Below, piece after piece: positions 12,138 through 25,005 of a DNA stretch of 64,000 nucleotides. Under the pieces are notes generated by a model. That model was not told the DNA's origin and did not search any database. It saw only the letters and a list, made by a program, of their open reading frames with translations. Source of the stretch: Malacoraja senta (Eukaryota); NCBI GenBank assembly GCA_038087875.1, contig CM075993.1:9736001-9800000 (forward strand), in the 5' to 3' direction. Both the position numbers and the translations under genes were made by a program. Within the stretch, counting starts at the first letter, position 1. Every line of letters begins with the position of its first letter.

Positions 12138-14120
12138 GCTGTCCCTAATACCCACTGCAATTTTCTTTGGACAAATGATCAAAAATAAAAATAAAGACTT
12201 GCAAATAACAGCTCTCACGATTCCAGATCTTTCCAAACAAGATTATGTCCTATGAAATAGTTCTTGAAACCCACTCACTGCTGCAATGCAGAAAACTAGG
12301 CAATAGGTGGGCACACAGCAAAATACAACAAATGGCCAAATGACTTGCTTCATCAATTCAGAGATCAATATTGATCAATTTTATACGGAATAACTGTCAG
12401 TCTTCTTTGACGTACTACCAGGGTTTATACTAATATGCAAAAATAAATTGATCATCAAGTTATTACCTCCTTTGCAAAAGGAATCTCCAACAGTGTACAA
12501 CCCCTCAGTCCTGCACTTGAACGTTAGCCTGGATTTTGTGTGCTCAGTTCTCCTGATCAGGACACACACACACACACACACATACAATGGTCTCACTCGG
12601 AGTGCTATCTAGAGTGTCACAAACGTGTCTGACATTGTATATATTTGTAACTTCCTGGTTTGGATCTCTAGAAAGCTGCTATGTTTGCTTAATCTCATTC
12701 CTAACTTTGTTACTGAACCATTTTACTTTCATCGAAAACTGCAAATTTATTTTGCTGATTTTATCTTCATTTTTTTTGTCAACATTCCGAGGAAAGCTGC
12801 AAAGCTCTCATTAAAAAGCCCATTAAAACTAGGTAATACCACACAGTCATTCTCATGTGTGATCCTAATCATCAGAACCTCAACCCAAAACATCTAGCAT
12901 CCCTCTGCTTCCATATATGCTGACTTTTTGTTTTTCGCTCTGGAGTGCAGCATTGGCAATTGTTGTATTTCCAGAAGCCTACTTGACTTTGGCAAGTAGT
13001 GGCAAAGAGGACAGGTCAAGGGAAAAAAGCTGCTATATATGATTGCATTCCCAGCCAACATTGACAATTACACACAGCCTACAAATCGGTATTAAAAAGG
13101 TCAAAGGCATTGATTATACCAATGAGGGGTGAGATTCTATAAGGTACTTCAGGAGCAAGTATTATTCTACCCAGAGGGTAGTTCGTATCTGGAACAAGTT
13201 GCCAGAGGAAGTTATTGAAACAAATATAATATGACTTAAAAGACATTGGGACAGATATGTGGAAGATATTTAGACAGTTGTGTGGAAAGTAAGGTTTTGG
13301 AGTAGGCAGATAGGGAGAGAATGCTTCTTCCCTGTTACCTGCTGGGGCACAGTTCCAGCAACCCAGGTTCAATCCAGTGCTTCCCACCTGGAGCTTGCAG
13401 GCTCTCTCCGAGACTGCAATGGCTTCTCCCAAGTGTTCCAGTTTTGTACCACATCTTGAGGAGATGCTGGTCAGTTAATTGGTTTCTGTTAATTATCCTT
13501 AGTATAGGTAAGTGGTGGGAGAATGAGGGTGGAGAGAGAGAATGAGCTGGCTCTGGGATTCATGGGATTGCTCTGAGCCTTTATATGCCAGAAGCATCCA
13601 TCCATGTCAGATGAAAACATGACAGAGAGAATTCTAAAGACACATACCCTCAAAACAAAATTGCCCTATTTCATATTAAATGGGTAATTACTTTTTCCCC
13701 CTTTAAAACATGATTCTCCCATAGCAGGAGACACCCAGTCTGAAGGGCCTCAACCCAAAACATCACATTCTGTCTCCAGAGATGCTGCCTGACCTGCTAC
13801 TCCAGTTTTGTGTCTATCAACAAACTTTCCACCCCGCCATGTCAGGATTATTGAGGACCTCATGTTTCTGTCAAGTCCCCACTTCTCTTCAAATCTCCAA
13901 TGGATACGTCTAGTCTGCCCAACTTCCCCTTATAATACAATCCACCCATTCCAGGTATTAGTTTAAACCTTCTCTGAAATTCATCTAACATATTGACATT
14001 TTTTTACGTAAGGAGATCAACACCAGACATGGTCTCACCGATGTCGTGTTTAGCTGAAGCAGAACCTCCCTAACTTTGCATCCATTTCCCAGAGCAGTAA
14101 ACAACATTTGGTAATGTTAC

Positions 14121-14946
14121 AATACAATACCGCTTATTGTCATTTGAACCTCAAATGAAGTTCAAACGAAATTTGGTTTCTGCAGTCATACAAAACAAGT
14201 AAAAAGAACCAAGACACAACACAATTTACACAAACATCTATCACAGTGAATCTCCTCCTCACTGTGATGGAAGGCAAAGTCTTATCCCTCCCCTGCACTC
14301 CACATTCTCCTCCCAATGTCAAAGTCAAAGCCCCCGGCGGGCGATGGTAAATAAGTCCCGCGGCCATTAAAGCCGCGCCGGGCGATGCAAGGCCGCGCTC
14401 CGGGTCTTTATGTTGGAGCCCCCGGCGGGCGCTAGCAAGTCCAGCAGCCATTTAAAGCCGCGCCGGGAGATGTAAGACCCCGCTCCAGGTCATCTTCAAC
14501 CCCGCAACTCGGGCGGGAGTAGCTGCCATTGCGAGAGCCCCGAAAAGCGGTCTCCCACCAGGGACCCGCGAGCTCCCGATGTCACCGTCCACCGGGCCGG
14601 TGGCTGGAGCCTCCGAATCTCCGGGGTCGGGCAGCAGCAGCGCGCCACCACAGCTCCTCCCGTTCCGAACTCGGCCAGCTCCGCGATGGTGAGTAGTCCG
14701 CCGGCTCCGCGACTGGAGCCCCAGGTCGTTCGGGTTGGAGGCCGCTCCACGGTGCTAGGCCCCAACGACAACCCGACTGAGAAAGGTCTGGTCTCCCGTG
14801 CAGGGAAAAGATTTTAAAAGTTTCCCCCACCCTCCACACATACCCAGTTAAAATAACCACTATAAACAAAACTCAAACGAAACAAAAAAATAAAAAAGAC
14901 AGACGGACTGCAGAGGCCGCTGCGATGTGAGTCGCGCCGCCCACCC
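14121..14946 (-). mobile_element. GC-rich non-autonomous retroelement with Rex1-like 3' tail
   Basis: Shares a 5' motif (gggtgg..cggcgc...tctgtctttt) and a 3' motif (gccttccatcacagtgag...tatgactg) with 32380-33544. It has internal direct repeats and no TE-like ORF. Confidence 0.6.
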
Positions 14947-16998
14947 AACATGTTACATGTTGCACCCAGGCAGCATCCCCTCTACCGAGCATGAATCCTT
15001 AATTTGGATTGCTCACACTGCCACAACTTCTTTGTATCTTTAATCACTAGAAGATCCTTTTCTTCTTCTACTATACCCATTCATTGTATTAAAATATGAA
15101 GGTAGAGCTCCACTTCTGCTGCTTTGCTAATCCGTAGTCCATTATGCTTCTCTTTACCACACAATACAACCCTAACCCAATAGTTAGAACCTTAGTTATT
15201 TAGTTTGTACTCTCTGCAGATAGATTTGTTCACAATGAAAGAAACATTCATCATTACTTTTATACTTACAATTTTAAAACATTATCAGTATAATGTATCT
15301 AATAGATTTTAAAAAAAAGATAGACACAAAGTGCTGGACTAACTGATGTGGTCTGGCAGCATCTCTGGAGAAAATGGATGGGTGATGTTTCAGGTCTGGA
15401 CCTTTCTTCATACCGAATGCCCAGCACAGCAGGAAGAAGAACCCTGACCCGAAACGTCACCCATCCTTTTTCTCCAGAGTTGCTGCCTGACCCGCTGAGG
15501 TACTCCAGCATTTTGTGACTATCTTTGATATAAACCAGCCTCTGCAGTTCGTTGTTTCTAATAATGTCTCCAATAATTCGCTGTAACCTTGGAAATAAAG
15601 AGAGCACGAGTTAACAAACTGGTTTCAAAATCCAATAGGGATTTTGAGAATAGGCAAATTAAGATTGCCTGTACATGTTTGCAGCTTTCAACGTGTACAA
15701 TCTAATTAATGGTCCAGCACAATGCTGTGTGGAGTTTGCAAGTTCTCTATGACCACCTGATTTCCTCCCGTCACAAATACGTGTGGGTATGTAGGTTAGT
15801 TGGCCTCTATGAATTGCTTCTAGTGTGTTGAAAATGAAAGTGGAATAACATAGAACTAGTCTGAAGGGTTTATCAATAGTCAGCATGGACTAGGTTGGCC
15901 AAAAGGCCTGTTTTCATGCCATATCTCCAAACTAAAAGTTCCCTGAACACACTGTAAAAGTGCAGTTTTAGGCTTCATTACTTCATTCTACCTTTAGCAG
16001 CAGATAGAAATTACACTCAATATTCATGCTGATTTGGTTAAATGAGCATACATCTATTTCAATAAACAATTGTGCTGGCCTCAACATTAAAGAACATTTT
16101 CAATCTATTTTTGCAGCAAAATAATTGGTTGGCCAAATACTATTTCCTTGTCTGAACTGCCCACAGGTTTACATATAATTTAACTGCTCCACAAAGGTCA
16201 TGTACAGACAGAAGAGGTCCAAGTCCTGAACTCTGGTACTCGCAGCTACAGTAATCCAATTAGAAATGATCACCTCGGGCCATTCCCATCCTCCCCCACA
16301 GGAGATATTTAACCAGGTTATTGAACTTGCATCGAAGGACTTTCACCTCAGACAGAAATCCCCTGGAAGCCAATTAATCAAATACCACGCATTAGGCGAG
16401 TTACAAACAAGACTAACACTGCAAAACAAAAACGTTGCCCTGTTTTGAAATAAAAAAACTGAGATTTGGAAGATTAGAAAACCTAAAAACATGTTTTTAA
16501 GTCCCCAAACCAGTCAACCAACATCTGCAGAGAGGAGACACAAAAAGCCAGAGTAACTCAGCAGGTCCGACAGCATTTCTGGAGAAAAGGAATAGGCGAC
16601 GTTTCGGGTTGAACTTCAATCTGAAGAAGGGTCTCGACCCAAAACATCACCTTTTCCTTTTCTCCAGAGATGCTGTCTGACCCGCTGAGTTACTCCAGCT
16701 TACTCCAGTCTATCATCAGTTTAAACCAGCATCTGCAGTTCCTTCCTACACCTCATCTAGAGAGAACTACCACTTTTGGATTATTAAGCATATTTCCTTC
16801 TATAGATTTTTGCTTCAAAAACACAGTATATCCAGCATTTTCTACCTTAGAACCATTTGCTCTAAAGATTTTTTACACCTTTGCATATGTACCAGTTTTG
16901 CGGTAATACCTGTACTTCCAAAGACTTTAAGCTAATGCAAATTAATGATATCAAGATATGAGTATGAGAATAAATATGAGAATATGATATCAAAATAT

Positions 16999-17095
16999 CA
17001 GTCTGATGAAGGGTTTCGGCCCGAAACGTTGCCTATTTCCTTCGCTCCATAGATGCTGCTGCACCCGCTGAGTTTCTCCAGCACATTTGTCTAAT
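16999..17095 (+). mobile_element. Short pLTR-derived insertion with intact hammerhead motif (CTGATGA variant)
   Basis: gtCTGATGAagggtttcggcccGAAACGTTgc, flanked by the direct repeat tcaaaatat. Confidence 0.8.
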
Positions 17096-18774
17096 TTCAA
17101 AATATGATATAATCCCTTCATTCAAATAGCTCCTTTTTACACCCACTTCCATCTTCCTAGACACGTAATCTTAAAAAATTAACTTGTACACTCCCTTCCC
17201 ACCCTTTGGAATTACAAAATCATATAATTTAAGAGTTCAAAGATTGCCAGTGTCTGGATCTGTATGGATGATGTTGTTGATTAAATCACCCTTTTACCAA
17301 CCCCAAAGTAAAACAAAGTGCTGGAGCAACTTAGCAGGTCAGGCAGCATTTCTGGAGGAATGATCAGGCGACATTTCGGGCTGGGACCCTTCACTTCATC
17401 TCTGGAGACAGCATCTCTGGAGAAAAGGAAAATTAATGATATTGAAATCTGATATGATCCCTTTATCCCTTCATATCTGGTCCCCACCAGAAACATCACC
17501 TGTCCATTCGCTCCAGAAATGCTGCCTGACCCAGCACTTTGTGTTTTACTCAAGACATCAGCATCTACATTTTCTTGTGACCTCGATATTATTCATGTAA
17601 ACATTTTGCAGTAAAATCAAGTCTAAACTCTGGCCATCTTCCTTATCCCTGCAGGAAACAGAACTATGTTGATTATCATTAAAATAGCAGTCTTCTGCGG
17701 CAAGTGAGTCACACATCTTCCCAAAACCTATTTGCCACTTACAAAGTCATGTTAGCAGTGTGATAAAACTCCCCACATATCTGGGTGGCAGCAGCCACAA
17801 CATTCATGATAACTGTCTAGTTGATCATGAACACACCCATTGCCTTAAACATCATCCATCAGCTGCGCCCGTGTTAGAAATATTATGACCAGGCTTCTTT
17901 TGGAGCAACTCCCAAAACCACGGCTTCCAGTCTCCAAAAGGCAAAGCCAGCAGGTCCTGTTTGCACAGTGGAGTTTGCACATTCTCTCTACCATTGCATG
18001 GGTTTCAGAAAGTTGCACGGATTTCCTCCCACATTCCAGGTTAATTAGCTTGCTGTAAAATACCCTATTGTAAATAGATGAAGAGAGAATCAAGGGAAGT
18101 TGATGAGCATGCGACCGTCAGTTTATAGGGGAATAATTGAGGGAATGCGATTGGTGGAAATGCAGAGCTGGCACATACTCAACAGACTCCTATGTTACAA
18201 GGAAATATATGGAAAGTAAAGCTACGCATAGGAAAGTATAAGAAAGAACTGCAGATGTTGGAAAAACCGAAGGTAGACAAAAATTCTGGAGAAACTCAGC
18301 GGGTGAGGCAGCATCTATGGAGCGTAGGAATAGGTGACGTTTCGGGTCTTGACCCGAAACGTCATCCATTCCTTCGCTCCATAGATGCTGACTCACCCTG
18401 CTGAGTTTCTCCAGCATTTTAGTCTACCATCGGAAAGTATGTCTACTTTTCAGCAGTATCGTATGGAGAGCAACCCAACAATAGGAATCTAGGCTGGTGC
18501 TCAGGTACATGCAAGCCATCTACAGCTGGCAGCATCTTCAAAGGCAAGCAACAAATAAGTGATTGAACCTAGCATCTTTTCAACTGCCGTTAAGATCGCT
18601 ATTCCTGCTATAACAACGTGCTCTTGGAATATTTACATTAAATCGTTGCGTTGAGAGGACTGCTTTTGCATTTCATTCATAGCAAATGCAACAGTAAAAT
18701 GTGCTCAGTCCAGGATGATGTTGACAGAATATTGTAGTGTATCATCATTGCTGTGTTCTACATTATTCTATTAT

Positions 18775-19705
18775 CAAACACACGACTGCACCTCCACAAA
18801 CACCTCTGTCAAGCTTCTCAAGTTTGCCGACGACACAACCCTGATTGGACTGATCCAGGATGGGGAGGAATCTGCCTACAGACAGGAAGTGTCACAGCTG
18901 GCGTCCTGGTGCCGTCGCAACAACCTAGAGCTCAATGCTCTTAAGACAGTGGAATTAATTGTAGACTTTAGGAGAGCTCCCCCTCCCCTCACCCCACTCA
19001 CCATCAACAACACCACAGTCACATCTGTGGAGTCCTTTAAGTTCCTGGGAACCATCATTTCCAAGGACCTTAAGTGGGAGGCTACCATCGACTCCACCGT
19101 CAAAAAGGCACAACAGAGGATGTACTTCCTACGGCAGCTGAGGAAGCACAATCTGCCACTGGCAATGATGGTCCAATTCTACAAGGCCATTGTAGAGTCT
19201 GTTCTCACCTTCTCCATCATGGTCTGGTTTGGATCAGCCACCAAGCACGACACCTGGAGGTTGCAGCGAATCGTCCAATCAGCTGAGAAGGTTATTGGCT
19301 GCAACCTTCCCTCCATTGATGAACTGTACACTGCAAGGGCCATGAAGCAAGCGGGCAAGATCATCTCTGACCCCTCTCACCCTGGCCACAAATTCTTTGA
19401 ATCACTTCCCTCTGGAAGGCGACTCCGGACTGTCAAAGCTGCCAGAGCCAGACATAAAAACAGTTTTTATCCATGAATAGTTGCTCTACTCAACAGCCAA
19501 AAATCTGTAGTTTCCCTTTGATCTGGTATTCACATGCTTGATCAATGGTGTTTTATCATTAATGTTTTATTATTATTAATGTTTAGTGTTTTCTGAGTCT
19601 TTCGTAACTGTCACTGTATGTCATGTTGTTACTTGTGGGCGGAGCACCAAGGCAAATTCCTTGTATGTGAATACTTGGCCAATAAACTTACTTACCTACT
19701 TACCC
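18775..19705 (+). mobile_element. 5'-truncated Rex1/Babar-like LINE (RT C-terminus and 3' UTR)
   Basis: ORF 18715-19476 contains KFADDTTLIGLI, FKFLGTII and KKAQQRMYFLRQL. AATAAA is followed by a (TTAC)n tail. Confidence 0.85.
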
Positions 19706-20855
19706 ACTAGAATTTTTTTTAATAAGCTTTGCAATTCTTTAAGTTTTTTCTTCGCCACCTTTTATTTGTCATTAAAAAAAAATCTATTTGTTTTGCCTTA
19801 CATCTTTCAGGATGCTCTATGAAACCAGTTCCAATAAGTTAAGACCTTAAATGTTAAATGTTCAAACATTTCTTCCGCTGGCACTCAATATCCACAGCTG
19901 TTTAATTCAACCTCCTTGAAATCCAGTGCATTAATCATGTGTTTTTATTCCATAGCAAATACTCAACATTTGCAATTCTTATTTTCAAATCCATAATTGA
20001 TCCAGCTACACCACAGTGTATTTCAGATCATTAACACCCACCGTGCCAACTAATTTCTCTTTATGTCTCCTTTGCCAATCCGTTCGTGCCCACCTCCTGG
20101 TGACCTTAACTCTTTAACCAAGGGAAAGGTTAACCAACTTTAATTAAATCCCTGTGATCTTCACAGTCCTGCATCTACCCTGACATACAATGGCATTACC
20201 ACCGTTTGAGTTGCTCACATTACCATCGATGTTTAGTGTAGATATACAGCATGGAAACAGGTCCTTTGGCCCACCGAGTCCACGCCAACCATTGATCATC
20301 TGTTCACACCAGTTCGACTCCCTACACACTAGGGACAATTTACAGAAGCCAATGGAAATTCACTTGGAGCAGCCACCTAAACATTGTGGCTTGAGAGAAG
20401 GTAAGGGACAGAGTATCCTATTGCTTCTGATAACCCAGTTTTGTTCCACCTTCATTCTACAAGGCCAATGTCAGGATAGTGATGGAATACATTCCAATTG
20501 CCTGTTAGAGTAACTAGCAACTTTCCAGAAGCTAGAAACAGCCAGGACAGAACAACTGTCTGATTGGAACCCTGACCTTAAACATTCATTCATTCCACCA
20601 CTTACACCATACCTCATGCCCTCTGAGCCCAGTGACATATTCTTGCCAAATTCGAGGAACTTTTAATACACCCTGTGCTTAACGAAGGCCCCTACGATTT
20701 CTATAACACAGGAGCCGAAGTACTCGCATGAGCAGCAATAATATCCATTAGTGGCTGCAATATGCATCTACAAAGCCATTACCTTTCGACGCTTTTCTAA
20801 CATCTCCGCAACCTGTCATCTCTAACTTCAAAAAGGACACGGTTCAAAGGCATAA

Positions 20856-21617
20856 TAGGCCTGTCCCACTTAGGCTACTGCAGGAAACTATGCAGTCACC
20901 ACATGTTCGCGGGTGGTTGCCGTGGAGTCGCCTTCATGGTTGTGAGGAGTTCCCGCATTCTGGAACTAGTCGCGGCCTCCTTATGGTCGCCGCAAATTTT
21001 TCAACATGTTGAAAAATTAGCGGCGACTAGAATGAAGCCACCATGAAGAGTAGCGAGTTTTCTCGTGCTGTAGGTGGGTCGCCAGGAGGTCCTAGTGGGT
21101 TGCCAGGAGATCAAAGGTTCATGTAGGGTGTAGCCGGTGCTGACCGGTGAATTTAATTGGCTCATTGGGGGTAAAAAACATAACAGTAGTTTTCAGAACC
21201 AAGGATAACAGACCAGTAATGTTAAATGTCCGCCAAGCTTCACAGTCGTGTATCTCTGGCATCTTAAAAGTCGTCTTCACTCCTTCTCCCCCATCTCCCC
21301 CCCTCTTTTAAAAGGATTTATCGTACACTGTGCTTTAGCCGTCTTAATTACAGCGCCAACCTTCCTATTCATCGCGATGTGTGTCTGAATCACATTGGCT
21401 TTGCATCGTGTGAATTTCACTCAGAGCTTCCCCCCGCTTGCCCTGTCCCCCGCCTGCATAACGGGCTGGTGAAGGAAGCGATGGATGTGTGTGTCTGTGT
21501 CTTGTGTCTGTGCGCGCGCATGTTCCACTCTGACAGTCGCCGTTCCAGTTGCCGGTTTTTCAGGCAACTGCCGGCAACTTGAGTCGCCTGAAAAATCGCT
21601 TAAGTGGGACAGGCCCA
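20856..21617. mobile_element. Harbinger/PIF-type MITE
   Basis: TIRs taggcctgtcccactta / taagtgggacaggccca, with a TAA TSD on both sides. Confidence 0.85.
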
Positions 21618-22254
21618 TAAGGGACCCATCTGGAAGCTCCCCTCCACATCACACTCCATCCTGATTTGCAAATATAAAGACACTCTTTTAATTATCACTT
21701 TGTCTGAATTTTGGAACAAGCTACATCACAGCACGGTGGGAGGACCTTCATCACAACAAAAAGTTCAAAAAGACAGCGCACCGTCACCTTTTCAAGGGTA
21801 GTTATAGATGGGCAATAAAGGTTCAGTTGCCAAAGGTGCTCAGATCATTAAAATATAGAAACATTTATATAACAGAAACATCTGGTTATTAGAGTGAAAA
21901 GGCTTTAACTTCAAAAAATCTTTCAATATTTTCCATTGGGTGCTGAAATGTGCCCCTCGGCTTTTCTCACAGATGACTTGAAGACATTAAGTGAAGTTAA
22001 CTATGCCAATTTTTAAATCATTTATTTACATTATTCAGTGATTAAAAACATCTTCATATAAAGTTTGAGATATTTTTTTTAATTTTAACTTAATATATAT
22101 ACCCTGTCAGTTAAACGAAGGCCCCCATGCTTTCCATAACACACAGGAGCTGAAGTATTCATGAGCAGCAATAAGCATTTGATCAAAATAAAAGACTACA
22201 TTGAAAAATTCCTCGTGTATTTGCCAAGAATAAGTTACTGGGCCAAGAGGACCT

Positions 22255-22645
22255 GACCTAATAGGAAAATGTTGGGCAGGCTAAGACTTTATTCCTTGAA
22301 ACATAAGATGCTGAGGAATGATCTTATTGAGGTGCATACAACCATGAAGGAAATAGATGGGATGAAAGCAGAGTCCCTTACCCGGGGGAGGAGAATCAAG
22401 AACCAAGGTCATAGGTTTAAGGTGAGAGGGGCAGGATTTAATAGGATCCTAATAAGCTGGGCGAGCAGATAGTTGAAGCAGGTGCAATAACAATATTTAC
22501 AAGACTCTTGGGCAGGTACACAAATAGGAAAGATTTAGAGGGATATGGGCCAAATGCAGGCACATGGGACTAGCTTAGAACGGGCATCTCAGTAAGCATG
22601 GATGATTTGGGCCTGTTCCGTGTTGTATGATTATATCTCTAAACA
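22255..22645 (+). mobile_element. Degraded CR1 3' fragment
   Basis: ORF reads LGRLRLYSLKHKMLRNDLIEV...GHRFKVRG. Confidence 0.7.
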
Positions 22646-23374
22646 CTCTGAAGACATTCTAACTAAAATGAAGAGAAAATGCTTAGGCAACGTTTGTTAG
22701 AATGGATATTAACTTTACATTAATCCCTATTAACAAACGTTGCCTAAGCATTCTACACATGGAAGGTATTCCAATAATTTGGCAATAAATCACGCAGTTT
22801 AAAGCAATTTGATTTCAAGGTTCAAATATAAGAAAAATGGCTCTGCCAATTATCTGTACAAAATAGTTATTCCTTCTGGGTTTAAATAGATTATATGATG
22901 AAATAAGTATGATTGAACTGGATTTGTTGAACAGCAACAGCATTAGGAATAAATATCTTGAGCGAAAATTCTTTCATACTTTTGTGATTTCACGTCAAAT
23001 GGCCTTCAATGTGAGAAAAATCTTATTAGATCTTTAAATCACAGAATTAGCCCTCAAGCAATGGCAGCGCCATACTTTGAGTTCCATCAATGAATGAATC
23101 AATTCAGGAAACCAAACAATGTTAACTTAATAATAGCAACTCTGGATCAGCACAAAACAGAAATTAGATATGAAGGTTATAAATAAATGATTTATGGCTT
23201 AGCTGGTCAGAAGATGTACATTGATTCAGCACACCTTGCTCCATAAAGCACTTTAGATGTGCAAATTTCAGAACACATGGAAGGAACATCTTGCTAGCTC
23301 TCTGAAACACATTCCAGCCCTCCCCCTCTCATGCCCTTTTAAACAGCATCTTGATTTCTGTGCCCCTAACATAT

Positions 23375-23820
23375 AGGTCATAAGGGCATGTGACAGGAGC
23401 AGAATTAGGCCATTTGGCCCATCATGTCTACTCCACCATTCAATCATGGCTGATCTACCTCTCCCTCCTAAGCCCATTCCCCTGCCTTCTTCCCATATCC
23501 TCTGACGCCTGTACTAATCAAGAATCTATCTATCTCTGCCTTAAAAATATCCACTGACTTGGCCTCTAGAGCAAATCATTCCACAGATTCACCACCCTCT
23601 GACTAAATACATTTCTCCTCACCTCCTTCCTAAAAGAACGTCCTTTAATTCAGAGACTATGACCTTTAGTCCTAGACTCTCCCACTAGTGGAAACATCCT
23701 CTCCAAATCCACTCTACCCAAGCCTTTCAATATTATGTAGGTTTCAATTATGCCCCCCCTCATTCTTCTAAACTCCAGCGAGTATAGGCCCAGTGCCGAC
23801 AAAAGCTGATCATATATACT
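23375..23820 (-). mobile_element. CR1 3' fragment
   Basis: ORF reads [47 protein letters not shown]. Confidence 0.8.
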
Positions 23821-24299
23821 GGTGCGGCAATGTATTTTCCAATTCCTAGCCTGGGTAATGACCAGAATTTCACATGTGAAAAGGGCCCCGACACTTTCAC
23901 TGCACACGACGAATAAAATTGACTTTGAAATGTCTGTCCATTTTCAACTACAGATATACTGCCTGACCCAGAGTTCATTCAGCACTTTGTTTTTTTTTGC
24001 TGCCATCTGCAGTCTCTACAATTTCTTCTCAGATTCAGCGAGGGAACAACGAAGGCTCTGCACTTCATTCGGTTCCGCAATCAGCACATCTAAACAGTCA
24101 CCAATAAAGCAACTATACAGATGCAGCACTGACTTATTTCAAATGATGTAAAGAGGAATTTAACTTTCATTGAAATAGAGAAGGAAAAGCCGTAGTCTCT
24201 GTCTTATTCAGCCAGGGAAGGCTGCACTCTCAGCTGTGAAAACGAACAGCATGTGGCCTGAATGGACTGTTGTCGGATTCACGGTCCATCAGGTACCAA

Positions 24300-24892
24300 C
24301 TCAACTGTTCCTCTGTTCTCCCCAGGCCCGTACCCTGCCCTTGGCTCGCTCCGTCCCATCAGCGCCGCGTTTAAAGCAGCCCCAAGCATTGTCCAGTCAA
24401 AGCGAACCGGAAAGGAATATCCCGCTACCCCTCCGCCCTGGCCATCAGCACGGGGGCTTCTGGCACTCAAGTCAGGCGCATCGCGATTGCCGTGTCCCCG
24501 GCCAGTTATCTCAGCCGATGCCAGTGCCGGCTCCTACCTGCCGTGCCCGCCGCCATCGCTCCATCCAAGCAAAGCACGGACAGCCGCACCGCGCAGCATC
24601 CCACATTACCATTGGAGCTCGGTGCAAGCCAATCACAGGCCGCCAGCCGAGACCCCTAGCAACGGGCCCTCCCTGCCTCCCTAGCAACCGGCCCTCCAAC
24701 CATAGGATCTTTGCCTCCAACAACCCCTCAGCGCAACGCCAGCAACCACGAGTATTAAATATCAATCTACCTGCCGGAGGCAATCCCTGGTTTAATTTTT
24801 ATTAAATGCTCCGGCTGGAGGAACAGCGTTGGGCCGATGGGATTTTGAGGCCTGACCCTCTTCCCGCACACGGGGTAGGGGCCTGGTGAGGT

Positions 24893-24947
<55 letters not shown>

Positions 24948-25005
24948 CCTTCGCCCATCTTCAGCTGTCCGGCGTCGTCAAGCTGCCGTTGCCTTTCAGG
25001 AAGTA
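24300..25005. promoter_or_regulatory. CpG island / probable promoter, possibly bidirectional
   Basis: GC- and CpG-rich with no recognisable TE. CCAAT boxes at 24611 (minus) and 24629 (plus), RFX-like half sites CTAGCAAC at 24656 and 24681, an ETS-like CAGGAAGT near 24997, and candidate splice donors on both strands. Confidence 0.6.
24894..24947 (+). repeat. (GGGACA)9 microsatellite
   Basis: Read directly from the sequence. Confidence 0.95.

Noticed and set aside
17655..17703. Possible plus-strand micro-exon (ccctgcag|...|gtgagt)
   Set aside because: The splice signals are plausible but there is no recognisable peptide or gene context.
24236..24958. Overlapping ORFs of 60-190 aa, including MGEGVPVPVP
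   Set aside because: They are expected by-products of a GC-rich island and the GGGACA microsatellite, with no recognisable domain.
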